A model generated the notes under the pieces. That model saw nothing but the letters and a program-made list of their open reading frames with translations. It did no database searches and was not told where the DNA came from. A program made the translations under genes and the position numbers. A DNA stretch of 64,000 nucleotides from NCBI GenBank assembly GCA_032718475.1, contig JAUCBJ010002074.1:35027-99026 (forward strand). Reading direction: 5' to 3'. The DNA comes from Nemertoderma westbladi. Its lineage: Eukaryota; Animalia; Xenacoelomorpha. Positions 51,109-63,699 of this stretch are shown one piece after another. Each line of letters starts with the position of its first letter. The stretch's first letter is position 1.

Positions 51109-53590
51109 CTAACTCAAGTTGCCGCGGTTCCGATTACTCCCCAGTCAGTTCTTCCCACATCAGCCCACGCAGATTCAGTTCTTCCCACATCAGCCCCCGC
51201 TGTTTCAGTTCTTCTCCCGTCTTTTCCGAGGTCGAATCATTTGGGAATCAAACATAATGTTTTAGGCAATGGTTGCAACAAGCCATACCGATATCTGGCG
51301 AGTTTACGAAAGCATCAGAAGCTCTGTAGCCGCTACCAATCAGGTCAGAATCTCGCATTACTCAACGAACTCCCTTTTAATATGATATCAGCTCCATCAG
51401 CCTTGCATTCAAATTATCCATCTATCACCGCTTGGAACGTGGAAGGCATTAACAGCACAATGGAATCAACCACAGATGATACGCTCTGTTGCTCTGATAT
51501 TCTTCTGCTAACAGAAACCCTTACGGAAGATGTTGATATTGAAAATTATAAATGCTATAACGTTCCCTGCATCCCATAGGAGATTGGACGACCGTCAGCC
51601 ATTGCCGTAAAGATCCCGCAGCTTCACATAATTCTGGGATACTACAAATCCAACTCAGATGTATCTGACATTCTGTTGGAGCTCATTAATATAATCCAAT
51701 CTGTGCGATCTAAAGACGAGTGGCCATTTCTTTTGGCTGGCGACTTCAACTGCCGCTTAGATAAAGATAGTACGAGGGGGGGGACCTACTGTGTGATGGT
51801 TTAATAGGTTCTGATATTTTCTGTTTATCGAATCCAGAAATTCCTACTTATTTTTGCTGGAACGGTACCAGCGTTATAGACTTGGCGTTCTGCAGCACCT
51901 CCCTCTGCCCTTGGACTGTTGTAGAGGTAATCCCGACAATTAACTCCAAACACCAACGCATTCGCATCAATATGGATTATGAGTTCAGAAAGGTTCGTGA
52001 GATAAGGGAACCAGCCATCCGATCAATTGATCCTGATAAACTCTCAGAACTCTTGGACACCACCAGGTTTCAGCAAGCTATGAACACAGGCGCTGATTCT
52101 GCGTATCAGTTCATCACTGAGGCTATAAAGGGATCGACCATACCCCGCCCCAAACGGATATCCAAACCTTGGTTTGACCAGGACTGCTATATCATGCAAC
52201 AACGAGTAATCGAAAGTAGGAAGAAAGTGAAGGATTCTAGTTCTCCGCCGCCATATCTCGCCGAATACAATACTTTGCGACGCGAGTATAAGTTATTACT
52301 GAAGGGTAAGAAAAAGTTTTACGCCGCCCAGACTGAAATAAAGCTCATACAACGCTGTGAGGAAGATCAAAAAGAATTCTGGAAGATGTTAAAACCAAAG
52401 AGAGATACTGCGGCATCACAGATAGCGACCAAGGATTGGTCGGCACATTTCTCAACATTATTCCACCGAGATACAGCGCCGTTGCTTCCAGTCATCCCAG
52501 AAAACTCTACACCCATGCTAGATGACCCTATCACCTCAGCTGAGGTGAGGTCAGGGAGGTGGTAACCTCGCAGAATTCGAAAAAGGCGGCGGGTTCCGAG
52601 GCTCAAGATCGCCAATGAGGCTCTAAAAACGGGATTATTGTTCCTTCTTCCATTTCTATTACAGTTATTCTCTATTTGCGTCAGCGCTGCAACCTGTCCC
52701 GTAGCTTGGCTCGTATCATTTATCATCGTACACAGATGACCTGGCAATTTACGGCTCCTCCCTATCAGATGTCCAGTCAGCACTGGATAAGTTATCCGAA
52801 TATTGCGACGAGAACGATTTAAGAGTGAACATAGGAAAAAAAAAGGTAATGAAATTCTGTAGAGGGGGACGCCGGGACGACAAGCTGTTCTATAAAGGCA
52901 ACCAACTAGAACTTGTGAACAACTTTAGTTACCTCGGGGTGATATTATCCACAAAGAATCTACCCACTGCGCATTATGAGCACTTATATCGGCGTGGTAT
53001 ATCATCCTGCATGCGTCTTGCTTCCACAGTCAACATGGGAGCTATTTCTTTGGAATCAGCACAGGCGCTAGGGTCATTAGTGGTTTTCCCCGCAACCACT
53101 TACAGGTGCAATATATTCCGAGACAGGAATCAGGGCGAACCCACCCACGTAAGAAAAGTTCGGGGCTTTTTATTTAAATTATGGTGCGGCATTGCAAAAT
53201 ATGCGTCCACACCCAATGTATTGAATGCGATAGTTTACCCTGATTCAGCCCTGATAAATGTTAAATATCTTGCCAGCAATCGAATCTCAGTTTCTCTCGA
53301 ATGATTACCACCACAAGCTGTGCACCAAGTCGAATTGCTGGAGACCCACAAATAACTGTCTTTGTAAATATAGTATTTCCACCGCCACTGACATCTTCCA
53401 CGCTCCTGGTTGCGCCCATTTTAGTGAGCATCAACATCCACTCCATTTAGCTTTTTATTTAAATAATTTATAATTATATATGAAATATATTTCATTACGT
53501 ATTCTATATTTTATTTACCGTTACAAAGGTGTATATTTTCCTATCTCTTTTATCCGTTGGATAATTAAACGCTAATTATTATTATTATAA
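50270..53590 (+). mobile_element. 'LINE-B': degenerate two-ORF LINE related to LINE-A
   Basis: ORF1 50270-51108; ORF2 remnants: zinc finger GCNKPYRYLASLRKHQKLC, TAWNVEG, LLTET, GDFNCRLD, KPWFDQDC, YTDDLAIYG, FSYLGVIL, HHKLCTKSNCWRPTNNCLCK; frameshifts and a deletion of most of the RT core near 52720. Confidence 0.9.
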
Positions 53591-54095
53591 TTAATGTACG
53601 TTTAGACGTGTAGTCACTGTTATTAAAGACACTCCTTGACATTTATTTCATACTATCGGCTATATTAACAAACATAAGGTATTTGGTAAGGAGGTATTTG
53701 GTGTAAATTTGTGACAGGTTTATGCTTCCCGACCGTAATTTATTGCGTAGTCTATTTGCGCTTTCAATCGAGATTGGACTTCTGATTTTATAAACGGGAG
53801 TCCGTTAACTATCCCGCGGCCCCACAATGAACCGTAGTTTTTATACAAAGTTAGAGATTAGAGTTTGTATTCTCAAACCCACATGTACTGACAAACACCT
53901 ATCAAATGAATTGTTCCTCAGTTGGTGACAAAATTAACTCACTCAAATAGCTAACATAAAATCCTGGCTTATGAAATCGTTGGACTAAGAAATACACTCG
54001 TCACCAGTAATATACAATGACGTCACCATTAATATACAAGCTACTTCATAATTACTTAGTTTAAGAATTGAAAGTTAACAGCACACAAACAATAA

Positions 54096-54172
54096 TACTA
54101 CTACTACTACTACTAGGTCGAGCGAACTCGGACAGTGGAAATGAGATCCTTCCAGGCTTCCCGATTCTCCAT
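54096..54172 (-). mobile_element. 5'-truncated solo 3' end of the RTE-like LINE with (TAG)n tail
   Basis: Minus strand ATGGAGAATCGGGAAGCCTGGAAGGATCTCATTTCCACTGTCCGAGTTCGCTCGACCTAG(TAG)n; AAT-rich flanks. Confidence 0.8.
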
Positions 54173-54286
54173 AGTCAGAGTTCACACAATAATACAATAA
54201 TAATAATACTACATACTGTAAATATTAATCAAACATACAGGTTGTCAATTTAATTAATTCAAATGATTTCAAAATAAATGGCAAAC

Positions 54287-54502
54287 CTTTTTATCAAACT
54301 TTGCCTGAGTCAGTGCTTCTTCGCTGTCACGTGTCCATACGAACTGTAGACCTAGCAGCCCAACCTGAGCGGGGAAAGAGTCCTCAAACTCAATGAGTTT
54401 GAAGGCCGAATCCCCAACAACCATCGCTGCTTGCCGAATCACAGTATGAAGCGATTTGCGTTGCATAGTTAATAAGTCGTTTAACCAGATCTCAACATTG
54501 CC
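54287..54502 (-). CDS. DNAH5: Dynein heavy chain exon 2 in window
   Basis: ttctag|[25 protein letters not shown]...[30 protein letters not shown]|gtttgc; 216 bp, phase 0/0. Confidence 0.96.
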
Positions 54503-54815
54503 CTAGAAGAGAAATAATAACAAATGTAAGTGTTTGTATGTAGAGGGTCTTACTGCACATACTATAGGCCATGCTGGGAGAGAAAGTGTAGGTGATAGGG
54601 TAGCGCAATTGCCGTGATTGGCAAGTAGCTAGGAGTTTACTGTGTGTAATCATAATATACGAACAACTGAAACTATAAAACTCAGATATTCATTCGGCCT
54701 CGGCCTTTCAGAACTGCCACAGCCTTTCAGTATCCAAGCGGACGCGGCGACGCGTATTTCCCAACACTTAAACACACACACCGGTCGGGATCTTCGCCAA
54801 CTCAGATCCCGTCAC

Positions 54816-57800
54816 GTCCCAGCGCAATCCCTCCGCCCGTTTTGGAGGAGTTACAACACAAGTCCCAGCGCAATCCCTCCGCCCGTTTTGGAGGAGTTAC
54901 AACACAAGTCCCAGCGCAATCCCTCCGCCCGAGTTACAACACAAGTACCAGCGCAATCCCTCCGCCCTAGTTACAACACAAGTCCCAGCGCAATCCCTCC
55001 GCCCGTTTTGGAGGAGTTACAACACAAGTCCCAGCGCAATCCCTCCGCCCGTTTTGGAGGAGTTACAACACAAGTCCCAGCGCAATCCCTCCGCCCGTTT
55101 TGGAGGAGTTACAACACAAGTCCCAGCGCAATCCCTCCGCCCGTTTTGGAGGAGTTACAACACAAGTCCCAGCGCAATCCCTCCGCCCTAGTTACAACAC
55201 AAGTCCCAGCGCAATCCCTCCGCCCGTTTTGGAGGAGTTACAACACAAGTCCCAGCGCAATCCCTCCGCCCGTTTTGGAGGAGTTACAACACAAGTCCCA
55301 GCGCAATCCCTCCGCCCGTTTTGGAGGAGTTACAACACAAGTCCCAGCGCAATCCCTCCGCCCGCCCGTTTTGGAGGAGTTACAACACAAGTACCAGCGC
55401 AATCCCTCCGCCCGTTTTGGAGGAGTTACAACACAAGTCCCAGCGCAATCCCTCCGCCCGTTTTGGAGGAGTTACAACACAAGTCCCAGCGCAATCCCTC
55501 CGCCCGTTTTGGAGGAGTTACAACACAAGTCCCAGCGCAATCCCTCCGCCCGTTTTGGAGGAGTTACAACACAAGTCCCAGCGCAATCCCTCCGCCCGTT
55601 TTGGAGGAGTTACAACACAAGTCCCAGCGCAATCCCTCCGCCCGTTTTGGAGGAGTTACAACACAAGTCCCAGCGCAATCCCTCCGCCCGTTTTGGAGGA
55701 GTTACAACACAAGTACCAGCGCAATCCCTCCGCCCGTTTTGGAGGAGTTACAACACAAGTCCCAGCGCAATCCCTCCGCCCGTTTTGGAGGAGTTACAAC
55801 ACAAGTCCCAGCGCAATCCCTCCGCCCGTTTTGGAGGAGTTACAACACAAGTACCAGCGCAATCCCTCCGCCCGTTTTGGAGGAGTTACAACACAAGTCC
55901 CAGCGCAATCCCTCCGCCCGTTTTGGAGGAGTTACAACACAAGTCCCAGCGCAATCCCTCCGCCCTGAGTTACAACACAAGTCCCAGCGCAATCCCTCCG
56001 CCCGTAGTTACAACACAAGTCCCAGCGCAATCCCTCCGCCCGTTTTGGAGGAGTTACAACACAAGTCCCAGCGCAATCCCTCCGCCCGTTTTGGAGGAGT
56101 TACAACACAAGTCCCAGCGCAATCCCTCCGCCCGTTTTGGAGGAGTTACAACACAAGTCCCAGCGCAATCCCTCCGCCCGCCCGTTTTGGAGGAGTTACA
56201 ACACAAGTACCAGCGCAATCCCTCCGCCCGTTTTGGAGGAGTTACAACACAAGTCCCAGCGCAATCCCTCCGCCCGTTTTGGAGGAGTTACAACACAAGT
56301 CCCAGCGCAATCCCTCCGCCCGTTTTGGAGGAGTTACAACACAAGTCCCAGCGCAATCCCTCCGCCCGTTTTGGAGGAGTTACAACACAAGTCCCAGCGC
56401 AATCCCTCCGCCCGTTTTGGAGGAGTTACAACACAAGTCCCAGCGCAATCCCTCCGCCCGTTTTGGAGGAGTTACAACACAAGTCCCAGCGCAATCCCTC
56501 CGCCCGTTTTGGAGGAGTTACAACACAAGTCCCAGCGCAATCCCTCCGCCCGTTTTGGAGGGTTACAACACAAGTCCCAGCGCAATCCCTCCGCCCGTTT
56601 TGGAGGAGTTACAACACAAGTCCCAGCGCAATCCCTCCGCCCGTTTTGGAGGAGTTACAACACAAGTCCCAGCGCAATCCCTCCGCCCGTTTTGGAGGAG
56701 TTACAACACAAGTCCCAGCGCAATCCCTCCGCCCGTTTTGGAGGAGTTACAACACAAGTCCCAGCGCAATCCCTCCGCCCGTTTTGGAGGAGTTACAACA
56801 CAAGTCCCAGCGCAATCCCTCCGCCCGTTTTGGAGGAGTTACAACACAAGTCCCAGCGCAATCCCTCCGCCCGTTTTGGAGGAGTTACAACACAAGTCCC
56901 AGCGCAATCCCTCCGCCCGTTTTGGAGGAGTTACAACACAAGTCCCAGCGCAATCCCTCCGCCCGTTTTGGAGGAGTTACAACACAAGTCCCAGCGCAAT
57001 CCCTCCGCCCGTTTTGGAGGAGTTACAACACAAGTCCCAGCGCAATCCCTCCGCCCGTTTTGGAGGAGTTACAACACAAGTCCCAGCGCAATCCCTCCGC
57101 CCGTTTTGGAGGAGTTACAACACAAGTCCCAGCGCAATCCCTCCGCCCGTTTTGGAGGAGTTACAACACAAGTACCAGCGCAATCCCTCCGCCCGTTTTG
57201 GAGGAGTTACAACACAAGTCCCAGCGCAATCCCTCCGCCCGTTTTGGAGGAGTTACAACACAAGTCCCAGCGCAATCCCTCCGCCCGTTTTGGAGGAGTT
57301 ACAACACAAGTCCCAGCGCAATCCCTCCGCCCGTTTTGGAGGAGTTACAACACAAGTCCCAGCGCAATCCCTCCGCCCGTTTTGGAGGAGTTACAACACA
57401 AGTCCCAGCGCAATCCCTCCGCCCGTTTTGGAGGAGTTACAACACAAGTCCCAGCGCAATCCCTCCGCCCGTTTTGGAGGAGTTACAACACAAGTCCCAG
57501 CGCAATCCCTCCGCCCGTTTTGGAGGAGTTACAACACAAGTCCCAGCGCAATCCCTCCGCCCGTTTTGGAGGAGTTACAACACAAGTCCCAGCGCAATCC
57601 CTCCGCCCGTTTTGGAGGAGTTACAACACAAGTCCCAGCGCAATCCCTCCGCCCGTTTTGGAGGAGTTACAACACAAGTCCCAGCGCAATCCCTCCGCCC
57701 GTTTTGGAGGAGTTACAACACAAGTCCCAGCGCAATCCCTCCGCCCGTTTTGGAGGAGTTACAACACAAGTCCCAGCGCAATCCCTCCGCCCGTTTTGGA

Positions 57801-60800
57801 GGAGTTACAACACAAGTCCCAGCGCAATCCCTCCGCCCGTTTTGGAGGAGTTACAACACAAGTCCCAGCGCAATCCCTCCGCCCGTTTTGGAGGAGTTAC
57901 AACACAAGTCCCAGCGCAATCCCTCCGCCCGTTTTGGAGGAGTTACAACACAAGTCCCAGCGCAATCCCTCCGCCCGTTTTGGAGGAGTTACAACACAAG
58001 TCCCAGCGCAATCCCTCCGCCCGTTTTGGAGGAGTTACAACACAAGTCCCAGCGCAATCCCTCCGCCCGTTTTGGAGGAGTTACAACACAAGTCCCAGCG
58101 CAATCCCTCCGCCCGTTTTGGAGGAGTTACAACACAAGTCCCAGCGCAATCCCTCCGCCCGTTTTGGAGGAGTTACAACACAAGTCCCAGCGCAATCCCT
58201 CCGCCCGTTTTGGAGGAGTTACAACACAAGTCCCAGCGCAATCCCTCCGCCCGTTTTGGAGGAGTTACAACACAAGTCCCAGCGCAATCCCTCCGCCCGT
58301 TTTGGAGGAGTTACAACACAAGTCCCAGCGCAATCCCTCCGCCCGTTTTGGAGGAGTTACAACACAAGTCCCAGCGCAATCCCTCCGCCCGTTTTGGAGG
58401 AGTTACAACACAAGTCCCAGCGCAATCCCTCCGCCCGTTTTGGAGGAGTTACAACACAAGTCCCAGCGCAATCCCTCCGCCCGTTTTGGAGGAGTTACAA
58501 CACAAGTCCCAGCGCAATCCCTCCGCCCGTTTTGGAGGAGTTACAACACAAGTCCCAGCGCAATCCCTCCGCCCGTTTTGGAGGAGTTACAACACAAGTC
58601 CCAGCGCAATCCCTCCGCCCGTTTTGGAGGAGTTACAACACAAGTCCCAGCGCAATCCCTCCGCCCGTTTTGGAGGAGTTACAACACAAGTCCCAGCGCA
58701 ATCCCTCCGCCCGTTTTGGAGGAGTTACAACACAAGTCCCAGCGCAATCCCTCCGCCCGTTTTGGAGGAGTTACAACACAAGTCCCAGCGCAATCCCTCC
58801 GCCCGTTTTGGAGGAGTTACAACACAAGTCCCAGCGCAATCCCTCCGCCCGTTTTGGAGGAGTTACAACACAAGTCCCAGCGCAATCCCTCCGCCCGTTT
58901 TGGAGGAGTTACAACACAAGTCCCAGCGCAATCCCTCCGCCCGTTTTGGAGGAGTTACAACACAAGTCCCAGCGCAATCCCTCCGCCCGTTTTGGAGGAG
59001 TTACAACACAAGTCCCAGCGCAATCCCTCCGCCCGTTTTGGAGGAGTTACAACACAAGTCCCAGCGCAATCCCTCCGCCCGTTTTGGAGGAGTTACAACA
59101 CAAGTCCCAGCGCAATCCCTCCGCCCGTTTTGGAGGAGTTACAACACAAGTCCCAGCGCAATCCCTCCGCCCGTTTTGGAGGAGTTACAACACAAGTCCC
59201 AGCGCAATCCCTCCGCCCGTTTTGGAGGAGTTACAACACAAGTCCCAGCGCAATCCCTCCGCCCGTTTTGGAGGAGTTACAACACAAGTCCCAGCGCAAT
59301 CCCTCCGCCCGTTTTGGAGGAGTTACAACACAAGTCCCAGCGCAATCCCTCCGCCCGTTTTGGAGGAGTTACAACACAAGTCCCAGCGCAATCCCTCCGC
59401 CCGTTTTGGAGGAGTTACAACACAAGTCCCAGCGCAATCCCTCCGCCCGTTTTGGAGGAGTTACAACACAAGTCCCAGCGCAATCCCTCCGCCCGTTTTG
59501 GAGGAGTTACAACACAAGTCCCAGCGCAATCCCTCCGCCCGTTTTGGAGGAGTTACAACACAAGTCCCAGCGCAATCCCTCCGCCCGTTTTGGAGGAGTT
59601 ACAACACAAGTCCCAGCGCAATCCCTCCGCCCGTTTTGGAGGAGTTACAACACAAGTCCCAGCGCAATCCCTCCGCCCGTTTTGGAGGAGTTACAACACA
59701 AGTCCCAGCGCAATCCCTCCGCCCGTTTTGGAGGAGTTACAACACAAGTCCCAGCGCAATCCCTCCGCCCGTTTTGGAGGAGTTACAACACAAGTCCCAG
59801 CGCAATCCCTCCGCCCGTTTTGGAGGAGTTACAACACAAGTCCCAGCGCAATCCCTCCGCCCGTTTTGGAGGAGTTACAACACAAGTCCCAGCGCAATCC
59901 CTCCGCCCGTTTTGGAGGAGTTACAACACAAGTCCCAGCGCAATCCCTCCGCCCGTTTTGGAGGAGTTACAACACAAGTCCCAGCGCAATCCCTCCGCCC
60001 GTTTTGGAGGAGTTACAACACAAGTCCCAGCGCAATCCCTCCGCCCGTTTTGGAGGAGTTACAACACAAGTCCCAGCGCAATCCCTCCGCCCGTTTTGGA
60101 GGAGTTACAACACAAGTCCCAGCGCAATCCCTCCGCCCGTTTTGGAGGAGTTACAACACAAGTACCAGCGCAATCCCTCCGCCCGTTTTGGAGGAGTTAC
60201 AACACAAGTCCCAGCGCAATCCCTCCGCCCGTTTTGGAGGAGTTACAACACAAGTCCCAGCGCAATCCCTCCGCCGGTTTTGGAGGAGTTACAACACAAG
60301 TCCCAGCGCAATCCCTCCGCCCGTTTTGGAGGAGTTACAACACAAGTCCCAGCGCAATCCCTCCGCCCGTTTTGGAGGAGTTACAACACAAGTCCCAGCG
60401 CAATCCCTCCGCCCGTTTTGGAGGAGTTACAACACAAGTCCCAGCGCAATCCCTCCGACGGTTTTGGAGGAGTTACAACACAAGTCCCAGCGCAATCCCT
60501 CCGCCCGTTTTGGAGGAGTTACAACACAAGTCCCAGCGCAATCCCTCCGCCCGTTTTGGAGGAGCTACAACACAAGTCCCAGCGCAATCCCTCCGCCCGT
60601 TTTGGAGGAGTTACAACACAAGTCCCAGCGCAATCCCTCCGCCCGTTTTGGAGGAGCTACAACACAAGTCCCAGCGCAATCCCTCCGCCCGTTTTGGAGG
60701 AGTTACAACACAAGTCCCAGCGCAATCCCTCCGCCCGTTTTGGAGGAGTTACAACACAAGTCCCAGCGCAATCCCTCCGCCCGTTTTGGAGGAGTTACAA

Positions 60801-63135
60801 CACAAGTCCCAGCGCAATCCCTCCGCCCGTTTTGGAGGAGCTACAACACAAGTCCCAGCGCAATCCCTCCGCCCGTTTTGGAGGAGTTACAACACAAGTA
60901 CCAGCGCAATCCCTCCGACGGTTTTGGAGGAGTTACAACACAAGTCCCAGCGCAATCCCTCCGACGGTTTTGGAGGAGTTACAACACAAGTCCCAGCGCA
61001 ATCCCTCCGCCCGTTTTGGAGGAGTTACAACACAAGTCCCAGCGCAATCCCTCCGCCCGTTTTGGAGGAGCTACAACACAAGTCCCAGCGCAATCCCTCC
61101 GCCCGTTTTGGAGGAGCTACAACACAAGTCCCAGCGCAATCCCTCCGACGGTTTTGGAGGAGTTACAACACAAGTCCCAGCGCAATCCCTCCGCCCGTTT
61201 TGGAGGAGTTACAACACAAGTCCCAGCGCAATCCCTCCGACGGTTTTGGAGGAGTTACAACACAAGTCCCAGCTCAATCCCTCCGACGGTTTTGGAGGAG
61301 TTACAACACAAGTACCAGCGCAATCCCTCCGCCCGTTTTGGAGGAGTTACAACACAAGTCCCAGCGCAATCCCTCCGCCCATTTTGGAGGAGTTACAACA
61401 CAAGTCCCAGCGCAATCCCTCCGACGGTTTTGGAGGAGTTACAACACAAGTACCAGCGCAATCCCTCCGCCCGTTTTGGAGGAGTTACAACACAAGTCCC
61501 AGCGCAATCCCTCCGCCCGTTTTGGAGGAGCTACAACACAAGTCCCAGCGCAATCCCTCCGCCCGTTTTGGAGGAGCTACAACACAAGTCCCAGCGCAAT
61601 CCCTCCGACGGTTTTGGAGGAGTTACAACACAAGTCCCAGCGCAATCCCTCCGCCCGTTTTGGAGGAGTTACAACACAAGTCCCAGCGCAATCCCTCCGC
61701 CCGTTTTGGAGGAGTTACAACACAAGTACCAGCGCAATCCCTCCGACGGTTTTGGAGGAGTTACAACACAAGTCCCAGCGCAATCCCTCCGCCGGTTTTG
61801 GAGGAGTTACAACACAAGTCCCAGCGCAATCCCTCCGACGGTTTTGGAGGAGTTACAACACAAGTCCCAGCGCAATCCCTCCGCCCGTTTTGGAGGAGTT
61901 ACAACACAAGTCCCAGCGCAATCCCTCCGCCCTAGTTACAACACAAGTCCCAGCGCAATCCCTCCGACGGTTTTGGAGGAGTTACAACACAAGTCCCAGC
62001 GCAATCCCTCCGCCCGTTTTGGAGGAGTTACAACACAAGTCCCAGCGCAATCCCTCCGCCGGTTTTGGAGGAGTTACAACACAAGTCCCAGCGCAATCCC
62101 TCCGACGGTTTTGGAGGAGTTACAACACAAGTCCCAGCGCAATCCCTCCGCCCGTTTTGGAGGAGTTACAACACAAGTCCCAGCGCAATCCCTCCGCCCT
62201 AGTTACAACACAAGTCCCAGCGCAATCCCTCCGACGGTTTTGGAGGAGTTACAACACAAGTACCAGCGCAATCCCTCCGCCCGTTTTGGAGGAGTTACAA
62301 CACAAGTCCCAGCGCAATCCCTCCGCCCGTTTTGGAGGAGCTACAACACAAGTCCCAGCGCAATCCCTCCGCCCGTTTTGGAGGAGCTACAACACAAGTC
62401 CCAGCGCAATCCCTCCGACGGTTTTGGAGGAGTTACAACACAAGTCCCAGCGCAATCCCTCCGACGGTTTTGGAGGAGTTACAACACAAGTCCCAGCGCA
62501 ATCCCTCCGCCCGTTTTGGAGGAGTTACAACACAAGTCCCAGCGCAATCCCTCCGACGGTTTTGGAGGAGTTACAACACAAGTACCAGCGCAATCCCTCC
62601 GCCCGTTTTGGAGGAGTTACAACACAAGTCCCAGCGCAATCCCTCCGCCCGTTTTGGAGGAGTTACAACACAAGTCCCAGCGCAATCCCTCCGCCCGTTT
62701 TGGAGGAGTTACAACACAAGTCCCAGCGCAATCCCTCCGCCCGTTTTGGAGGAGTTACAACACAAGTCCCAGCGCAATCCCTCCGCCCGTTTTGGAGGAG
62801 TTACAACACAAGTCCCAGCGCAATCCCTCCGCCCGTTTTGGAGGAGTTACAACACAAGTCCCAGCGCAATCCCTCCGCCCGTTTTGGAGGAGTTACAACA
62901 CAAGTCCCAGCGCAATCCCTCCGCCCGTTTTGGAGGAGTTACAACACAAGTCCCAGCGCAATCCCTCCGCCCGTTTTGGAGGAGTTACAACACAAGTCCC
63001 AGCGCAATCCCTCCGCCCGTTTTGGAGGAGTTACAACACAAGTCCCAGCGCAATCCCTCCGACCCGTTTTGGAGGAGCTACAACACAAGTCCCAGCGCAA
63101 TCCCTCCGCCCGTTTTGGAGGAGTTACAACACAAC
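54816..63135. repeat. 46-bp satellite, about 180 copies
   Basis: gtcccagcgcaatccctccgcccgttttggaggagttacaacacaa; deletion variants near the left end, substitution variants near the right end, homogeneous centre. Confidence 0.99.
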
Positions 63136-63290
63136 AGAGAGATAATTTGACTTTTATAGGTATATAGATATATAAAGGTAAGACCAAGTAAGACTAATTA
63201 TTTATTAAGATTATATTTATTTTACAAACTGTTGTTGAATGATATCTCTTTCCTTTACCCGGAACTGTAATGACGTATGCAATGTTTTAC

Positions 63291-63522
63291 CTGAGCGAGA
63301 ATAGGCTTATCTAAATCAATCTTCTCTCCTTCTTTACTGATTACAGACAGCATTTTATCATATTCTTTTTCGTGGAAGCCAACATTGTACACGTTATCAA
63401 AGATGGACGGGAGATGTGGCTTTATGGAGTGCGAGTCTGAAGCTTGTCCCAAAATCTCCAACAGGGCGGGATCAGATACAAAGAAAAACCTTGGAAATAG
63501 CAATCTCTTTTTCTCTAAATAT
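63291..63522 (-). CDS. DNAH5: Dynein heavy chain exon 1 in window (linker, DHC_N2 C-terminal part)
   Basis: caacag|[37 protein letters not shown]...[16 protein letters not shown]|gtaaaa; 232 bp, phase 2/0. DNAH5 versus DNAH8 cannot be resolved by eye. Confidence 0.96.
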
Positions 63523-63587
63523 CTGTTGATAGAAATAAAATTAAGAATTTAAACAGATATATAATAAATTTGCACACACTATCCCGT

Positions 63588-63699
63588 AGTCTATACCAGC
63601 CATGGCCCCACACAGAGTCTATACCAGCCATGGCCCCACACAGAGTCTATACCAGCCATGGCCCCACACAGAGTCTATACCAGCCATGGCCCCACACAG
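63588..63699. repeat. 28-bp minisatellite, 4 perfect copies
   Basis: agtctataccagccatggccccacacag x4. Confidence 0.95.

Noticed and set aside
54642-63167. 2841, 2681 and 1932-aa ORFs
   Set aside because: The 46-bp unit lacks stops in every plus frame, so all three frames give the same permuted peptide; indel variants shift frame freely.
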